Positions 41,773 to 52,771 of a stretch of 64,000 nucleotides of DNA are shown piece by piece (the first letter of the stretch is position 1; every line of letters begins with the position of its first letter). The notes beneath the pieces were generated by a model that was not told the DNA's origin, ran no database searches, and worked only from the letters and a program-made list of their open reading frames with translations. The translations under genes and the position numbers were made by a program. The DNA is from an uncultured Acidobacteriota bacterium. Lineage in GTDB: Bacteria > Acidobacteriota > UBA6911. The DNA lies in the NCBI GenBank assembly GCA_963809485.1, contig CAWEJX010000020.1, forward strand, positions 1,280,001 through 1,344,000, written 5' to 3'.

Positions 41773-43131
41773 ATGACGACCCTAACCGATCTGTTTGCTC
41801 GAAATGAAGGCAAGACGCTTGAATTCAAACGCGATGTTTCTTCGCCGGAGAACATTATCCGGACAGTCGTTGCCTTTTCCAACGGCGCAGGCGGCACGAT
41901 TATTGTCGGTGTCGACGATCGCAAACATTCTGTTCGCGGGGTTGCAGATCCAAGAGCAACTGAAGAGCTGCTTGCCAACCTGATATCGGACCGCATCCAA
42001 CCGCGTTTGGTGCCGGACATTCAAATAATTCCCTGGCGGAAAACCTGCGTTATTGCGCTTCGCGTCTATCCGAGTTCCTTGCGGCCCCATTTTGTGAAGA
42101 CTGCCGGACCCGAACAGGGGGTCTACGTGAGAGTGGGATCAACCAACCGGCGGGCGGATCCGGCTCAAATTGAGGAAATCAAGCGCTTTGTCCGCGGAAG
42201 TACCTTTGATGAAGAGCCGTTGCCGGAAATAGACTCGGAAGCAATCGATTTCCGAGCAGCTTCCGAGTGTTTTGCCTCCATCCGCAAATTGCGAAGGAGC
42301 GATCTTAGAACTCTTCAAATCACTGCCATTCATCAAAATCGCGTAGTCCCGACGGTTGGCGGATTTCTACTTTTCGGACGCGACCGCCGGGCGACATTTC
42401 CCGACGCTTACGTTCGCGCAGGCTGCTTTAGGGGCATCGACAAGAGCAACATTATTGACTCGGCTGAAATTGTGGGCTACTTGCCACTACTGGTGGAAGA
42501 TGTCCTCAAATTCATTCAACGCAACACACGCCACGCAATTCGCGTTGAAGGCACTAAGCACGCGGAGTCATTGGAATTCCCTCCCGTAGCTCTACGCGAG
42601 GCGGTCATCAACGCCCTCGTCCACGCCGACTATGCCCAGAAGGGAGCTCCGCTGCGCGTCGCCATCTTTGACAACCGGATCGAAATCGACAACCCCGGTG
42701 GATTGCCTCCGGGCTTGACCTTGGAAGAAATTCGCCGTGGCGTTTCGAAGCTGCGGAATCGCGTTATTGGCCGCGTGTTTCATGAACTCGGTCTCATTGA
42801 GCAGTGGGGAAGCGGGATTCAGCGCATGATCGGGGCATGTGAACAAGCCGGTTTGCAGGAACCGGTCTTTGAAGAAATCGGCAGCGGCTTTCGGGTGACC
42901 ATCTATTCCCAGGCACAGGGACAACCGCAGCTCGAAGAGCTCGACAAAGCGATTTTGGAATATATCCGAAGCGTGAAAGAGGCGTCTTCAAGTCAGGTTG
43001 CAGCTCATATCCATCGCACGCCCCGAACTGCGCGAACCAGATTGAATCATCTGGTTGATCTTGGTCTGCTTGTCCCTATAGGCAGCAGCTCCCTTGATCC
43101 AAGAAGAGTTTATCGCCTCGTAATCAAGTGA
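41773..43131 (+). CDS. AlbA_2/Schlafen-like + HATPase_c_4 + HTH protein
   Basis: EGKTLEFKR, AFSNGAGG, REAVINALVHADY, NPGGL, IEQWGSG. Confidence 0.88.
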   Translation: MTTLTDLFARNEGKTLEFKRDVSSPENIIRTVVAFSNGAGGTIIVGVDDRKHSVRGVADPRATEELLANLISDRIQPRLVPDIQIIPWRKTCVIALRVYPSSLRPHFVKTAGPEQGVYVRVGSTNRRADPAQIEEIKRFVRGSTFDEEPLPEIDSEAIDFRAASECFASIRKLRRSDLRTLQITAIHQNRVVPTVGGFLLFGRDRRATFPDAYVRAGCFRGIDKSNIIDSAEIVGYLPLLVEDVLKFIQRNTRHAIRVEGTKHAESLEFPPVALREAVINALVHADYAQKGAPLRVAIFDNRIEIDNPGGLPPGLTLEEIRRGVSKLRNRVIGRVFHELGLIEQWGSGIQRMIGACEQAGLQEPVFEEIGSGFRVTIYSQAQGQPQLEELDKAILEYIRSVKEASSSQVAAHIHRTPRTARTRLNHLVDLGLLVPIGSSSLDPRRVYRLVIK

Positions 43132-43349
43132 TTGCTTCAATTTTGAAGTATCTGGAATGGCTTGCTTAGATGTGTTTTGTGAATAAGCATGTTCATAGGC
43201 ATGCCAAAAGATCAAAGAATAGCAGGGCATAAGATTCACATAAGAAGCGAGAACTGTCGATGGAGCGCCAGATGAACAAAATCGGGTTTTTGAAACACCT
43301 GCATTCAATTGCTCGGCCTTTCGTTTCAAGGCTGATTCATGGGAACTCC

Positions 43350-43777
43350 ACGTCCATAAAACTACTTGTTATGGAACGCTGGACCGAACGCAGGCTTTAC
43401 CAACGGCACACCCTGGCTGAAAGTTAATCCCAATCACGCGACCGTTAATGTGGAAGCGGCCGAGAAATATCCGAACTCCATTCTGAACTACTTCCGGAAG
43501 ATGATCCGATTGACGCAAATCAGAGCCGGCGTTGGTCTACGGCAAATTCGATCTGCTCGATGCCGAAAATCCCGACATATTTGCCTACATTCGCAGGCTG
43601 GAAGGCCGCACCCTGCTGGTGGCGCTCAGTTTCAGCACCAAAGGCGGCAGCATGGCCCTGCCCGACAGGTTTAAAGACGGCAAGGTGCGGATCAACAACT
43701 TGATGGAATCGCCGGTGCGGGGCAATAGACTGATGCTGAGGCCGTATCAGGCGGTAGTCCTGCAGGTAGGCAAGTAA
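43350..43777 (+). pseudogene. GH13 oligo-1,6-glucosidase C-terminal remnant
   Basis: NAGFTNGTPWLKVNPN...SILNYFRKMI / VYGKF...LRPYQAVV. Confidence 0.75.
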
Positions 43778-43893
43778 TAATAGAATACGGCGACACGGTG
43801 GGTACGCGAACACAACCCTCGCCATTCCAGCAAAATATGTTACCTTTTGGGGGATTTGGAACTTTCTGGTGTAGCCGACAGTTTTTTGTTTAG

Positions 43894-43938
43894 TGGTGCG
43901 CCCGGCGTGACTCGAACACGCGACCTTTTGATTCGTAG
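43894..43938 (-). mobile_element. tRNA-Arg(ACG) 3' half; att direct repeat of a genomic island
   Basis: CTACGAATCAAAAGGTCGCGTGTTCGAGTCACGCCGGGCGCACCA (anticodon loop, T-arm, CCA); no matching 5' acceptor strand. Confidence 0.8.
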
Positions 43939-44051
43939 AGATAGACACTCTGCCCGACTAATCCGCGATTGATCCGTAAACAATTCAATAATAGAGAGTT
44001 CGATGAGTCTTCGCAAAGTTCCTCTCAACTCAAATTTGCACAAACGGTTAG

Positions 44052-44074
44052 GTTTTGGCACAACTTTTGGCACA
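44052..44074. repeat. Direct repeat TTTTGGCACA x2 (possible integrase arm sites)
   Basis: GTTTTGGCACAACTTTTGGCACAG next to the att site. Confidence 0.45.
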
Positions 44075-44095
44075 GTGCCAGCTGTCCAGAAATCC

Positions 44096-44317
44096 TTAAA
44101 ATCCATTTTCCTTACTCCGCTCAATCAGTCTGTCCAAGTCGCCTTTATCCACAAGAATCCTGCGTAAACGCCCCCCCTTTTTGTTCGGCAGTTGAACCAT
44201 CGGAATCGCACCCGACCAGATAAGCTCACGCAAAGTCCAGTAACCCAATCCCAAGTATTTTGCAGCCTCGTTAGCGTTCATCAACCGCTGCTCGCCCTTC
44301 ATCTTGTCTTTTCGCAT
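44096..44317 (-). CDS. Excisionase-like HTH protein
   Basis: LMNANEAAKYLGLGYWTLRELIWSGAIP...DLDRLI. Confidence 0.8.
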   Translation of the reverse strand: MRKDKMKGEQRLMNANEAAKYLGLGYWTLRELIWSGAIPMVQLPNKKGGRLRRILVDKGDLDRLIERSKENGF

Positions 44318-44682
44318 TGTCTTGTCCCAATCCATTCGTGAATTTCGGTATCCAGCCATCCCACTGATCTCGGGCCGAGTTTACGGTGCTTGGGGAATCT
44401 CCCATCCCTAGCCATGTTCCATATCGTTGCCCTGCAAAGCCCCACCAGCCGAATGACATCTTTCATCCGCAAAATCCTGCCTTCGGGCTTAGGCATCGGA
44501 TCACGCTTGATTTGTTTGGTCGATTTGTCAATGATTTGCGTTTTGGCGACAGGCCACAGAACCTCCTGTTCCATGATCCGCATCCAAAGCTGGGCCTTCA
44601 GTGATTCAATCTCACCGATAAGACCAGGAATTTCGGATTTGGGAATTGTTCGTATCTGCTTACCTTGGGTCAGAAGGTCCAT
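44299..44682 (-). CDS. AlpA-family regulator
   Basis: ILRMKDVIRLVGLCRATIW...FPK..LGPRSVGWLDTEIHEWI. Confidence 0.85.
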   Translation of the reverse strand: MDLLTQGKQIRTIPKSEIPGLIGEIESLKAQLWMRIMEQEVLWPVAKTQIIDKSTKQIKRDPMPKPEGRILRMKDVIRLVGLCRATIWNMARDGRFPKHRKLGPRSVGWLDTEIHEWIGTRQCEKTR

Positions 44683-45383
44683 GAGTCTAATGGCGATTCT
44701 CCTTTCTCGGTTGTAAAACCTGAGTCCACACGTATATTTGTTCCGGCTGTTTATCTATGCAAGCTCTTGTCCATGACCTTTTATGCCTCAGCAAGAAGGC
44801 CGAAGCTCCCAAACAACACTTGGGCTGCAACCTGGAGAAATATGACAGCTCGATATCACTCATATTGCGGGAGGTTGGTAAACTGCCTATTATGTTGAGA
44901 ATAATTCACTGTTGATAGCCAAGATCCTATCTTCAAAACGGATTTGGTCTGGCTCCGTCGCGAGCATTGCTGTTTCCGCTGCGTTGGCGGCTGTTTTTTT
45001 GCCAATCGCAGGCAGATCGCCCATTGGAATTGCGTTGCCAGGGAAGAGAGAGTCTGCTCGTATATTGCGGCTGTCCTTAGTGCTTTGTGCCGAATGCCAT
45101 GCGAAACAGAAGGCTATCTGTAAGAGACTTGGAATCAGCGTTATCTGGAAATTGCATCCTTGGTGGGATAAAGCAATGCAATGCGGCTATACCGAATTTT
45201 TGACAGAAAACGAACTGGGGCAGTGGAAGCCGCTTCACTAATGGCCGGTTGCGGCAAAACAACGAGCAGGCAATAATTGCAATTTAGATTATTGTGCCTT
45301 CAATGAAGAAAGCCTCGCTTTGTTGCCGGTAGCACATTCATTACCTTCGATGGATGTTTTATGCTGAAGTGAAGCATAGGAAA

Positions 45384-45426
45384 GCGTCCGGTCGACGGAT
45401 TTGTGGAGACTCCACCGACCGGGCGC
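45384..45426 (-). terminator. Hairpin terminator after degP
   Basis: GCGTCCGGTCG...CGACCGGGCGC followed by TTT on the minus strand. Confidence 0.5.
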
Positions 45427-45434
45427 TTGACGGT

Positions 45435-46883
45435 CTACTTTGGTGTTACCGCTGCAAATAGGCTGTTCTGTCCTCTCTGAATCAGGAGCAGGACATTATC
45501 CTGGCTTTTTGCCTGCGCAATTATTTGACTGAAATCTTCCACGTCTTTCACGGATTTACGATTAACTTCTTGAATGACATCGCCCGTCTGGATACCCGCG
45601 TCCGCTGCCGAGCTTCCCGGTTCAACGCTGGTAACCACGACACCCGTTTCACGTTTCAGCCCGAGGTCCCTGGCTATTTCAGGGGTGAGCGCCTGCACGG
45701 TAATCCCCAGGGATTTGTGCGACGGCAATTGCGCTGATTCCGTCTTCTTCTCCATCTCGCCGACCTTCACGGTGCGTTCAATTGCTTTCCCATCTCTCAT
45801 AAGTTTGACTTCTACCATCTTGCCGACTGGAGTCGCTGCGACAATCCGGGACAGGTCTTTCGACTCGACAACCTTTTTAGCATCAAATTGCGTGATAACA
45901 TCTCCGCGCTCGATTCCTGCTTTTTCAGCCGGACCACCTTTGAATACATCCGCAACCAGAGCTCCCTCTTTGCCGTTGAGGCCAAAAGATTTTTCGAGGG
46001 CTGGGGTCATCTGCTGAATCCCAATGCCGAGCCATCCCCTAGTAACAGACCCTTTTTGTTCCAGTTGGGGGATAATGGTTTTTGCCATATCGATCGGGAT
46101 TGCAAATCCAATCCCCTGCCCGCTCGGATTGATGGCCGTGTTGATGCCGATCACCTCCCCTTTCATGTTGATTAAGGGGCCTCCGCTGTTACCGGGGTTG
46201 ATCGAAGCGTCCGTCTGGATGAAATCATCGTAGGGACCAGAGCCAATCACCCTTCCTTTTCCACTAACAATTCCTTGGGTTACCGTCTGTTCCAGTCCAA
46301 ATGGACTTCCGACAGCCACAACCCAACTGCCCACCTTAAGATCCTCCGAATTGCCTAATGGTAGCGCGTGCAGATCTTTGTCTCCGTCAATCTTTACGAG
46401 GGCTAAATCTGTCTTTGGATCCCTGCCAACTATTTTGGCGTCATACTCTTTGCCATTTGCCAACTTCACCCTAATCTGCTCTGCATCTTCAACGACATGG
46501 TTATTGGTGAGAATAAACCCTTCCTGGCTTATGACAAATCCGGAGCCCACGCCTTCCTGCTTTTGGTCCATCGGCGGATTGCCTTCGAAGAAACGCCCGA
46601 AGGGACTGTCCTCTCCGAAAGGACTGCCCTGGAAACCTGGGAAAGCAAAGCCAACATTCTGCACCTTCTTGACTACCTGAATGTTGACCACTCCAGGACG
46701 AACTTGTTCTGCAAGGTCGCTGAAATTGGCCGGAACCATGAGAGTCTCGTGACTATTGGATACCTGCATAGCCGGTTGTTGAGAAGATTTCGCAGCAGTC
46801 GACATTCCATAACCAAACGCAAGCACGGCTACCGCCAGCACTGCCGTGACAAGACCGGTTTTAAAACCCTTTCTTCTGTCCAT
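45435..46883 (-). CDS. degP: DegP/DegQ (Do) serine protease with two PDZ domains
   Basis: GSGFVI, TNNHV, TDASINPGNSGG. Confidence 0.92.
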   Translation of the reverse strand: MDRRKGFKTGLVTAVLAVAVLAFGYGMSTAAKSSQQPAMQVSNSHETLMVPANFSDLAEQVRPGVVNIQVVKKVQNVGFAFPGFQGSPFGEDSPFGRFFEGNPPMDQKQEGVGSGFVISQEGFILTNNHVVEDAEQIRVKLANGKEYDAKIVGRDPKTDLALVKIDGDKDLHALPLGNSEDLKVGSWVVAVGSPFGLEQTVTQGIVSGKGRVIGSGPYDDFIQTDASINPGNSGGPLINMKGEVIGINTAINPSGQGIGFAIPIDMAKTIIPQLEQKGSVTRGWLGIGIQQMTPALEKSFGLNGKEGALVADVFKGGPAEKAGIERGDVITQFDAKKVVESKDLSRIVAATPVGKMVEVKLMRDGKAIERTVKVGEMEKKTESAQLPSHKSLGITVQALTPEIARDLGLKRETGVVVTSVEPGSSAADAGIQTGDVIQEVNRKSVKDVEDFSQIIAQAKSQDNVLLLIQRGQNSLFAAVTPK

Positions 46884-46972
46884 GTTCATCCTCCTAATCC
46901 TGAAAATCGTATGCTCGGCTTTTACCAGCCTCCGCAATCAAATGGAGTTTAGAATCTGCAGTTAACAGGAAG

Positions 46973-46999
46973 ATGACCGGAAGATTACAATTGCGTAAT
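46973..46999 (-). promoter_or_regulatory. CusR/CopR-like box upstream of degP
   Basis: Palindrome ATTAC-AATTGC-GTAAT, preceded by a GATGAC half-site. Confidence 0.45.
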
Positions 47000-47018
47000 G
47001 TTGCAGATGCCGTGCGTA

Positions 47019-48443
47019 TTAGGTTTGAGGTGAAACGGATTTGCGCAGAGTAACGGTGAAAGCGCTTCCCTCGTTGAGCGTGCTCACTACCGTGATATCA
47101 CCCCCGTGAGCCCTGGCAATTGCCCTTGCCAAGCTAAGCCCCAATCCGATGCCAACCTGGGACCGGCTTTGATCGCAGCGATAAAATCGCTCAAAGATCC
47201 GCGGAAGATCCCGGGACGAGATACCAGCGCCGGTGTCTTTGACAGAAACAACCGCCATCGACTGGCCCTCAGAGACAGCGATATCTACCATACCTCCTGG
47301 CGGCGTATATTTTATGGCGTTGTCGAGCAGATTAGAGAGCATTCGCTGAATCATCGGAGTATTCCCGTTTAAATGAATTTCGCCAGGCAGATTGCAGTGA
47401 ACCCTCACCCTCTTATCTTCTGCCATGGGTTCGAAAAGCTCGCACGCCTGCCGGACAATACCGGTCAGGTCGACATCCGCACTGGGAAATGTTTCCACCC
47501 CGGATTCAGTTTTTGAAATCATCAGCATTGTGTTGATCATATCGAGGAGACGATCGCATTCTTCGATGGTACTGGCCGCCATGCCCTCATATTCGCCCAA
47601 CGTCTTGCCGCTCGTAAGGGTCACTTCTGCAGCGCCCCGGATCCTGGTAATAGGGCTTCGCAGATCGTGGGCCACATTGTCGCTCATTTCCTTGATCTCT
47701 TTGAGAAGTGCCTGAATGCGATCCAGCATCCGATTAAAAGTAAGGGCAAGCTGATCTATCTCATCTCCACTCGTCTTGACGGGAACTCGTTCCTCAAGAG
47801 TACCGCCCGATATTTTTTGTGCTGTTCGTGTGACAGCTTCAATCCCCGAAACCGCCCGCCGCGCCATGAACCACCCGACACCGGCAGCCAGCACAACCAG
47901 GAAGCTCATGGTAGCGATGAAAACTCTCTGAAGGACATCGAGAAAACGCGAATAGCTTTCCATCGCAACGCCAACCTGCAGGATGATGTCGGGACTCAGG
48001 ATGGCATAGAGGATCCGCACCTGCTCCTTACGACCCTCAATTGTGATCTTTCGAAACACATACTGGTTATCACTAAGCAATGCGTTGATGGCCGTTTCAT
48101 CGATATTGATGTCTTTCCAGTAAGACATGTTTGACGAAGAGAAGACTCGACCATTCACGGAAAGGAAACGAAAGAAGACCTTTTTGACGCCGCTTTCATC
48201 GGCTGCAATTATTGCTGAGGCGCCAATTGAGTTTGCTCCCCTTGAAGCAAGCAGGATGGAAAACCGATTGGCCTGGGCTACAAGCTCCTGATCGGTTTGA
48301 TCCAGTATGAACTTGGAGATGAGGGCATAGAACAATAAAAAAACAATACACGACGATACAGTGAAAATTCCCGCATACCAGAGCGTCAACCGAAAGGCCA
48401 AAGTGTTCCGAAAGCTAATCTGTCTCTTTAAGGACATATCCAA
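47019..48443 (-). CDS. HAMP-domain sensor histidine kinase
   Basis: AHDLRSP, NLLDNAIKY, DTGAG, GLGLS. Confidence 0.92.
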   Translation of the reverse strand: MDMSLKRQISFRNTLAFRLTLWYAGIFTVSSCIVFLLFYALISKFILDQTDQELVAQANRFSILLASRGANSIGASAIIAADESGVKKVFFRFLSVNGRVFSSSNMSYWKDINIDETAINALLSDNQYVFRKITIEGRKEQVRILYAILSPDIILQVGVAMESYSRFLDVLQRVFIATMSFLVVLAAGVGWFMARRAVSGIEAVTRTAQKISGGTLEERVPVKTSGDEIDQLALTFNRMLDRIQALLKEIKEMSDNVAHDLRSPITRIRGAAEVTLTSGKTLGEYEGMAASTIEECDRLLDMINTMLMISKTESGVETFPSADVDLTGIVRQACELFEPMAEDKRVRVHCNLPGEIHLNGNTPMIQRMLSNLLDNAIKYTPPGGMVDIAVSEGQSMAVVSVKDTGAGISSRDLPRIFERFYRCDQSRSQVGIGLGLSLARAIARAHGGDITVVSTLNEGSAFTVTLRKSVSPQT

Positions 48444-49092
48444 CTCCGCGGACGGTCTGGATCAGGGTTTTATCGCAATCTCTATCGATTTTGTCTCTCA
48501 ATCTGCAGATTCTGGCCTCAACCACATTGGTTTGCGGATCAAAGTTATAATCCCAGACATGTTCCATGATCATCGTCTTTGATACGACACGTCCCGCATT
48601 TCGCAAGAGATACTCCAACAAGGAAAACTCGATGGGCTGAAGCTCGACACTCTTGCCGCCTCTCGTTACTTCCCGTGTCAGTAGATTCATGGATAGATCG
48701 GACACATTGAGTCTGGTTGGTTCAGTAAGCCCACTTGCTCTCCGAATAAGCGCCTGCACCCGGGCGAGGAGTTCGGAAAAGGCAAAGGGTTTGGTCAGGT
48801 AATCGTCACTTCCCGCCTGAAGCCCTTTAACCCGATCCTCTACGGATCCTTTGGCACTCAAGATGAGCACTGGAGTCCGGATTTTTTCTTTCCGAATTCT
48901 TTCGATAAGCGATAAGCCGTCCAGTTTCGGTAGCATGATGTCGACGATGGCAGTGTCATACGGTTCCGTTAACGCCAACTGAAGGCCTTTTTCTCCATCG
49001 GCGGCGTGGTCCACCGCATACCCCGCAGCTTTCAGCCCTTTGGTAATGAAAGAAGCAATCTTCGCATCATCTTCGACCAGCAGAATCCGCAT
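48415..49092 (-). CDS. OmpR-family (CusR-like) response regulator
   Basis: ILLVEDD, DIMLP, DDYLTKPF, TVRGVGY. Confidence 0.92.
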   Translation of the reverse strand: MRILLVEDDAKIASFITKGLKAAGYAVDHAADGEKGLQLALTEPYDTAIVDIMLPKLDGLSLIERIRKEKIRTPVLILSAKGSVEDRVKGLQAGSDDYLTKPFAFSELLARVQALIRRASGLTEPTRLNVSDLSMNLLTREVTRGGKSVELQPIEFSLLEYLLRNAGRVVSKTMIMEHVWDYNFDPQTNVVEARICRLRDKIDRDCDKTLIQTVRGVGYVLKETD

Positions 49093-49451
49093 GACGCATC
49101 CCTCTTCGCATAAATGTTTTTTGCCAGTTATGATGCCACACCGCTTCATTATTTATGACACGAGATTTCTCTGATTCATCTATCTATCTATCCCAATGAT
49201 TATAGCTTCGGTACACCGCAATAAGACAGCTTTTATAGGTAATCCTTCGTACGCTTGCGGCGCAGCTGGTGACAAATGAAGATGGAATTCGGATGCGTTG
49301 AGCCTCGCGATCGGCATCGTCTATTTTCGATACCAATGCCGGCAGCGACACAAATCTCAATATCGAAAGCCCCGACCGATCGGACTGTTTGGGAAGAAAG
49401 AGGGAACAGGGAGGAAAACTCCCAATATGCAGCGGGTGGCAAATAGAGGGA

Positions 49452-50016
49452 CTAGCCAATCGTCAGTTTGTCAGTAACGGAGAAAGCAAATGGAACATTC
49501 CTGGCAGCCATTTCCGCCAGTTGCTTGTCAAGCTGTGTGGCCACTACACCAAAGAGAGTAATGTTTCTGTTTTTAACGATGATCCTGATTGGTTTCACAG
49601 CCTGGATGCCATACTTCTCAAAGCCGGCCTGCGAGTAAATCGCCCGATAAAGCCTCATCCGCAGTGAATCTTCCAAAGGGGACAGCGGAAGAACTCTCAA
49701 TATTGTTGACAACATTTGCCACTCCAACGACTTTGCGCACTGCCACTTCTGCTTCGGACTTCAAAAGGGGTCTCCGGACCTCGCCTGTGAGAGTCACGGG
49801 GTCGCCCTGAACACTGTAACTAAGCTCGTCAAACACGCCGCAATAAGGGAGCATCCGGAGCGAATGCTGAACCTTATCCTCCAGCCCCCCGGCTTGCCGG
49901 TTTGCCGATGAGGTGACTGTTCCATTGGGGATTGACGCCATACCCGCTTGACTTAAACCAAGCAAGGAGATGGACATTGTCATACTCAAGACAAGTCTTT
50001 GAATTTTCTTTAACAT
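49452..50016 (-). CDS. Double BON-domain protein (frameshifted)
   Basis: LRMLPYCGVFD, VTLTGEV, IIVKNRNITLFGVV. Confidence 0.75.
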
Positions 50017-50204
50017 ATTCCCTCTCTTCCTGCTTTTCAAGCATCCTTACGGCTCCTAACACTGATATAGACGAAATACATAAAATAACGTTTCAGGAAG
50101 CAGGCACTGCAAATGAGAAATCCTCCGGCTTCCTGATAGGCTACGATGCGCCAACAAGTTGCCGCCACCCGCTGATCAGAGAAGGCCGGCAAACCAAAAT
50201 TTCT

Positions 50205-52733
50205 TCATTTGGGAATCCCTGTATTCACATGCCGGTAAAAAGCGGCTTTGGCCAACTCCGCCGCGACAATATAGAGAAAAACAATCACAGCCAAAAGCAG
50301 CAGATACCCGGGAGGCAGGGAGGTAAACTTAAAGACAGCGGAAAGCGGAGTAAAGGGCATCAAGATGGTCAGCCCGACAACTGCATGAGTAGAAAGCAAA
50401 AGGAGCCGGCTGGGCATTGTTCGGAAAAAGGGGCGCCTGCTTCGCATCACCAGGACAACTAAACAAGCGGAAACGACCGACTCCACAAACCATCCAGTGC
50501 GAAACTGAGCAGTGCCGGCTTTAAGAGTGAACAACAGAATTCCAAAGGTTAGATAATCAAAAACGGAACTGAGTATTCCGAAGGTTACCATGAATTTCCG
50601 GATGAAGCGGATGTTCCACCGCTGTGGGCGTTCAAGCATCTCACGATCCACGCTGTCACCCGCGATTGTCATTTCAGGAAAGTCAGTCAACAGATTCATG
50701 AGCAGTATCTGTTGGGGCAGCAGCGGGAGGAACGGCAGAAAAAGCGAGGCACCGGCCATGCTGAACATGTTGCCGAAATTGGCGCTGGTAGCCATGAATA
50801 CGTATTTCATGGTATTGGCAAATGTGGTTCTGCCGCCGCGCACTCCGTTTATGATTGCCGACAGGTCTTTCTCAAGCAAGACAATGTCCGCAGCTTCCTT
50901 GGCAACATCGACTGCACCATTTACAGAAATACCCACATCGGCAGCGTGGAGCGCGGACGCATCGTTGATGCCGTCTCCCAGGTATCCGACTACATTCCCG
51001 GCTTTTTTAGCCGCCAGCAGAATGCGTTCTTTCTGGTTCGGTTCCACTTCGGCGAAGACATGTGTGCGGTTGATCCTAATGCGCAAAGCCTCATCGCTCA
51101 TCTCTCGCAAATCTTGGCCGGTGAGTATTTCCGGATTGGATATGCCCACCTTCCTGGCGACGCTGCCGGCCACGAGACGATTGTCGCCTGTGATCATCTT
51201 TAATGTCACTCCAATATCCGCCAGCGACTGGATGGTTTCGACAGCGCTCTGCTTTGGAGGGTCGAAAAAAACAAGAAAACCCAAAAAGGTCATTTGATTT
51301 TCATGTGCCTTCGTGATGCTGCTTTCTCCTTCCAGGTTCCTATATGCCAGCCCAAGGACACGATTGCCGTCGGCGCTTAAATCCTCGAATTGTTTTTCGA
51401 CCTTTTGCCGGACTGCCTCTATCTCCAGGGTTGTTCCGTCGCCTCTCTCAACGTTTGAGCAGACTGCCATAACGTTGGCAAGAGCGCCTTTGGTCAACAT
51501 GAGGTGGCGGCCGCCACCCGCTATCAGTATGCTTAGTCGTTTGCGCACAAAGTCATAAGGATATTCATCCAGCTTCTGGTAAGGCGAGAGATCAAATTGA
51601 CGGTAGCTGCGAATGGCTGTATCAATGGGATTGGCAAATCCGGTTTCGAACTTTGAGTTGATGTAAGCATAAAGCAGCACCTTCTCACTATCGGCGCCGT
51701 CGACATCGAGTGCCTGGTACAGGCGAACCACGCCCTCCGTCAAGGTCCCAGTCTTGTCCGAACAGAGAACATTCATGCTGCCCAGATTTTCTATGGAGGA
51801 CAGCCTTTTGACGATCACCCTGTCACGAGCCATGCGCTTGGCTCCGTGCGCCAGATTGACGCTGATGATGGCCGGCAGCAGCTGCGGCGTCAATCCAACG
51901 GCGAGCGCGAGCGAAAACATAAATGCATCGAGAACGTGGCGATGCATATAAACATTGATTGCAAACATCCCGATTAACAAAATGAGGGTTACTTCCATCA
52001 GCAGATAGCCGAAGCGCCGCACTCCTCGCTCAAACTCCGTTTCCTGCGGATCAATGCTCAGGCGCGATGATACCTGTCCGAATTCCGTATTGATACCGGT
52101 CTGAACCACAACGGCAACAGCAGTCCCACTGACGACGTGGGTTCCCATGTAAATGACATTTCTGCGCTGTGCCAACGGTGTGTTGGCAGGTATTTCACCC
52201 GACATTTTTTCAACCGGATACGTTTCTCCGGTAAGGGCGGCCTCATCCACAAAGAGATCGCGGCATTCCAGAAGCACACAATCCCCCGGCACGCCTGACC
52301 CGGCAGAAAGTTCAATGACATCTCCCGGCACAATCTCCTCAATGGGGATTTCGATGGTCGCATTGTTGCGGCGTGCGCCTGTTCGAATTTGCACCATAGC
52401 CAAAAGCTTTGCGACAGAATTGGAAGCACCGCGTTCCTGCCAGAATCCCAATAGCCCACTAACTATGACGATTGCCAGAATAATCATCGCATCCGCTTGA
52501 TCGTGTAGGAATACCGATAGAAGGGCGGCAAATATCAAAATTAAAATGATCGGACTCTTAAACTGGTTCACCAACAACGTTATGAAGCCGGATCCTTTAT
52601 GGGGTTTTATCCGGTTTGCGCCATAAACACTCAGCCGTCTGGCCGCTTCCGCGTTGCCGAGTCCTTGAACCGTAGTTTGGAGCTCTTGCAGAATCTGTTC
52701 AGCCGGCTTGCTCCAGAATTGGTTGTCTCCCAT
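50205..52733 (-). CDS. mgtA: Mg2+-translocating P-type ATPase
   Basis: TGET, DKTGT, TGDN, GDGIND, TSANFGNMFS. Confidence 0.92.
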   Translation of the reverse strand: MGDNQFWSKPAEQILQELQTTVQGLGNAEAARRLSVYGANRIKPHKGSGFITLLVNQFKSPIILILIFAALLSVFLHDQADAMIILAIVIVSGLLGFWQERGASNSVAKLLAMVQIRTGARRNNATIEIPIEEIVPGDVIELSAGSGVPGDCVLLECRDLFVDEAALTGETYPVEKMSGEIPANTPLAQRRNVIYMGTHVVSGTAVAVVVQTGINTEFGQVSSRLSIDPQETEFERGVRRFGYLLMEVTLILLIGMFAINVYMHRHVLDAFMFSLALAVGLTPQLLPAIISVNLAHGAKRMARDRVIVKRLSSIENLGSMNVLCSDKTGTLTEGVVRLYQALDVDGADSEKVLLYAYINSKFETGFANPIDTAIRSYRQFDLSPYQKLDEYPYDFVRKRLSILIAGGGRHLMLTKGALANVMAVCSNVERGDGTTLEIEAVRQKVEKQFEDLSADGNRVLGLAYRNLEGESSITKAHENQMTFLGFLVFFDPPKQSAVETIQSLADIGVTLKMITGDNRLVAGSVARKVGISNPEILTGQDLREMSDEALRIRINRTHVFAEVEPNQKERILLAAKKAGNVVGYLGDGINDASALHAADVGISVNGAVDVAKEAADIVLLEKDLSAIINGVRGGRTTFANTMKYVFMATSANFGNMFSMAGASLFLPFLPLLPQQILLMNLLTDFPEMTIAGDSVDREMLERPQRWNIRFIRKFMVTFGILSSVFDYLTFGILLFTLKAGTAQFRTGWFVESVVSACLVVLVMRSRRPFFRTMPSRLLLLSTHAVVGLTILMPFTPLSAVFKFTSLPPGYLLLLAVIVFLYIVAAELAKAAFYRHVNTGIPK

Positions 52734-52771
52734 AAAAACTCTCCACGGCGTTACTCCGCCTCTGAACTGAT

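Noticed and set aside
43894-43970. Intact tRNA-Arg gene
   Set aside because: The 5' acceptor strand and anticodon-stem 5' side do not pair; only the 3' half is present
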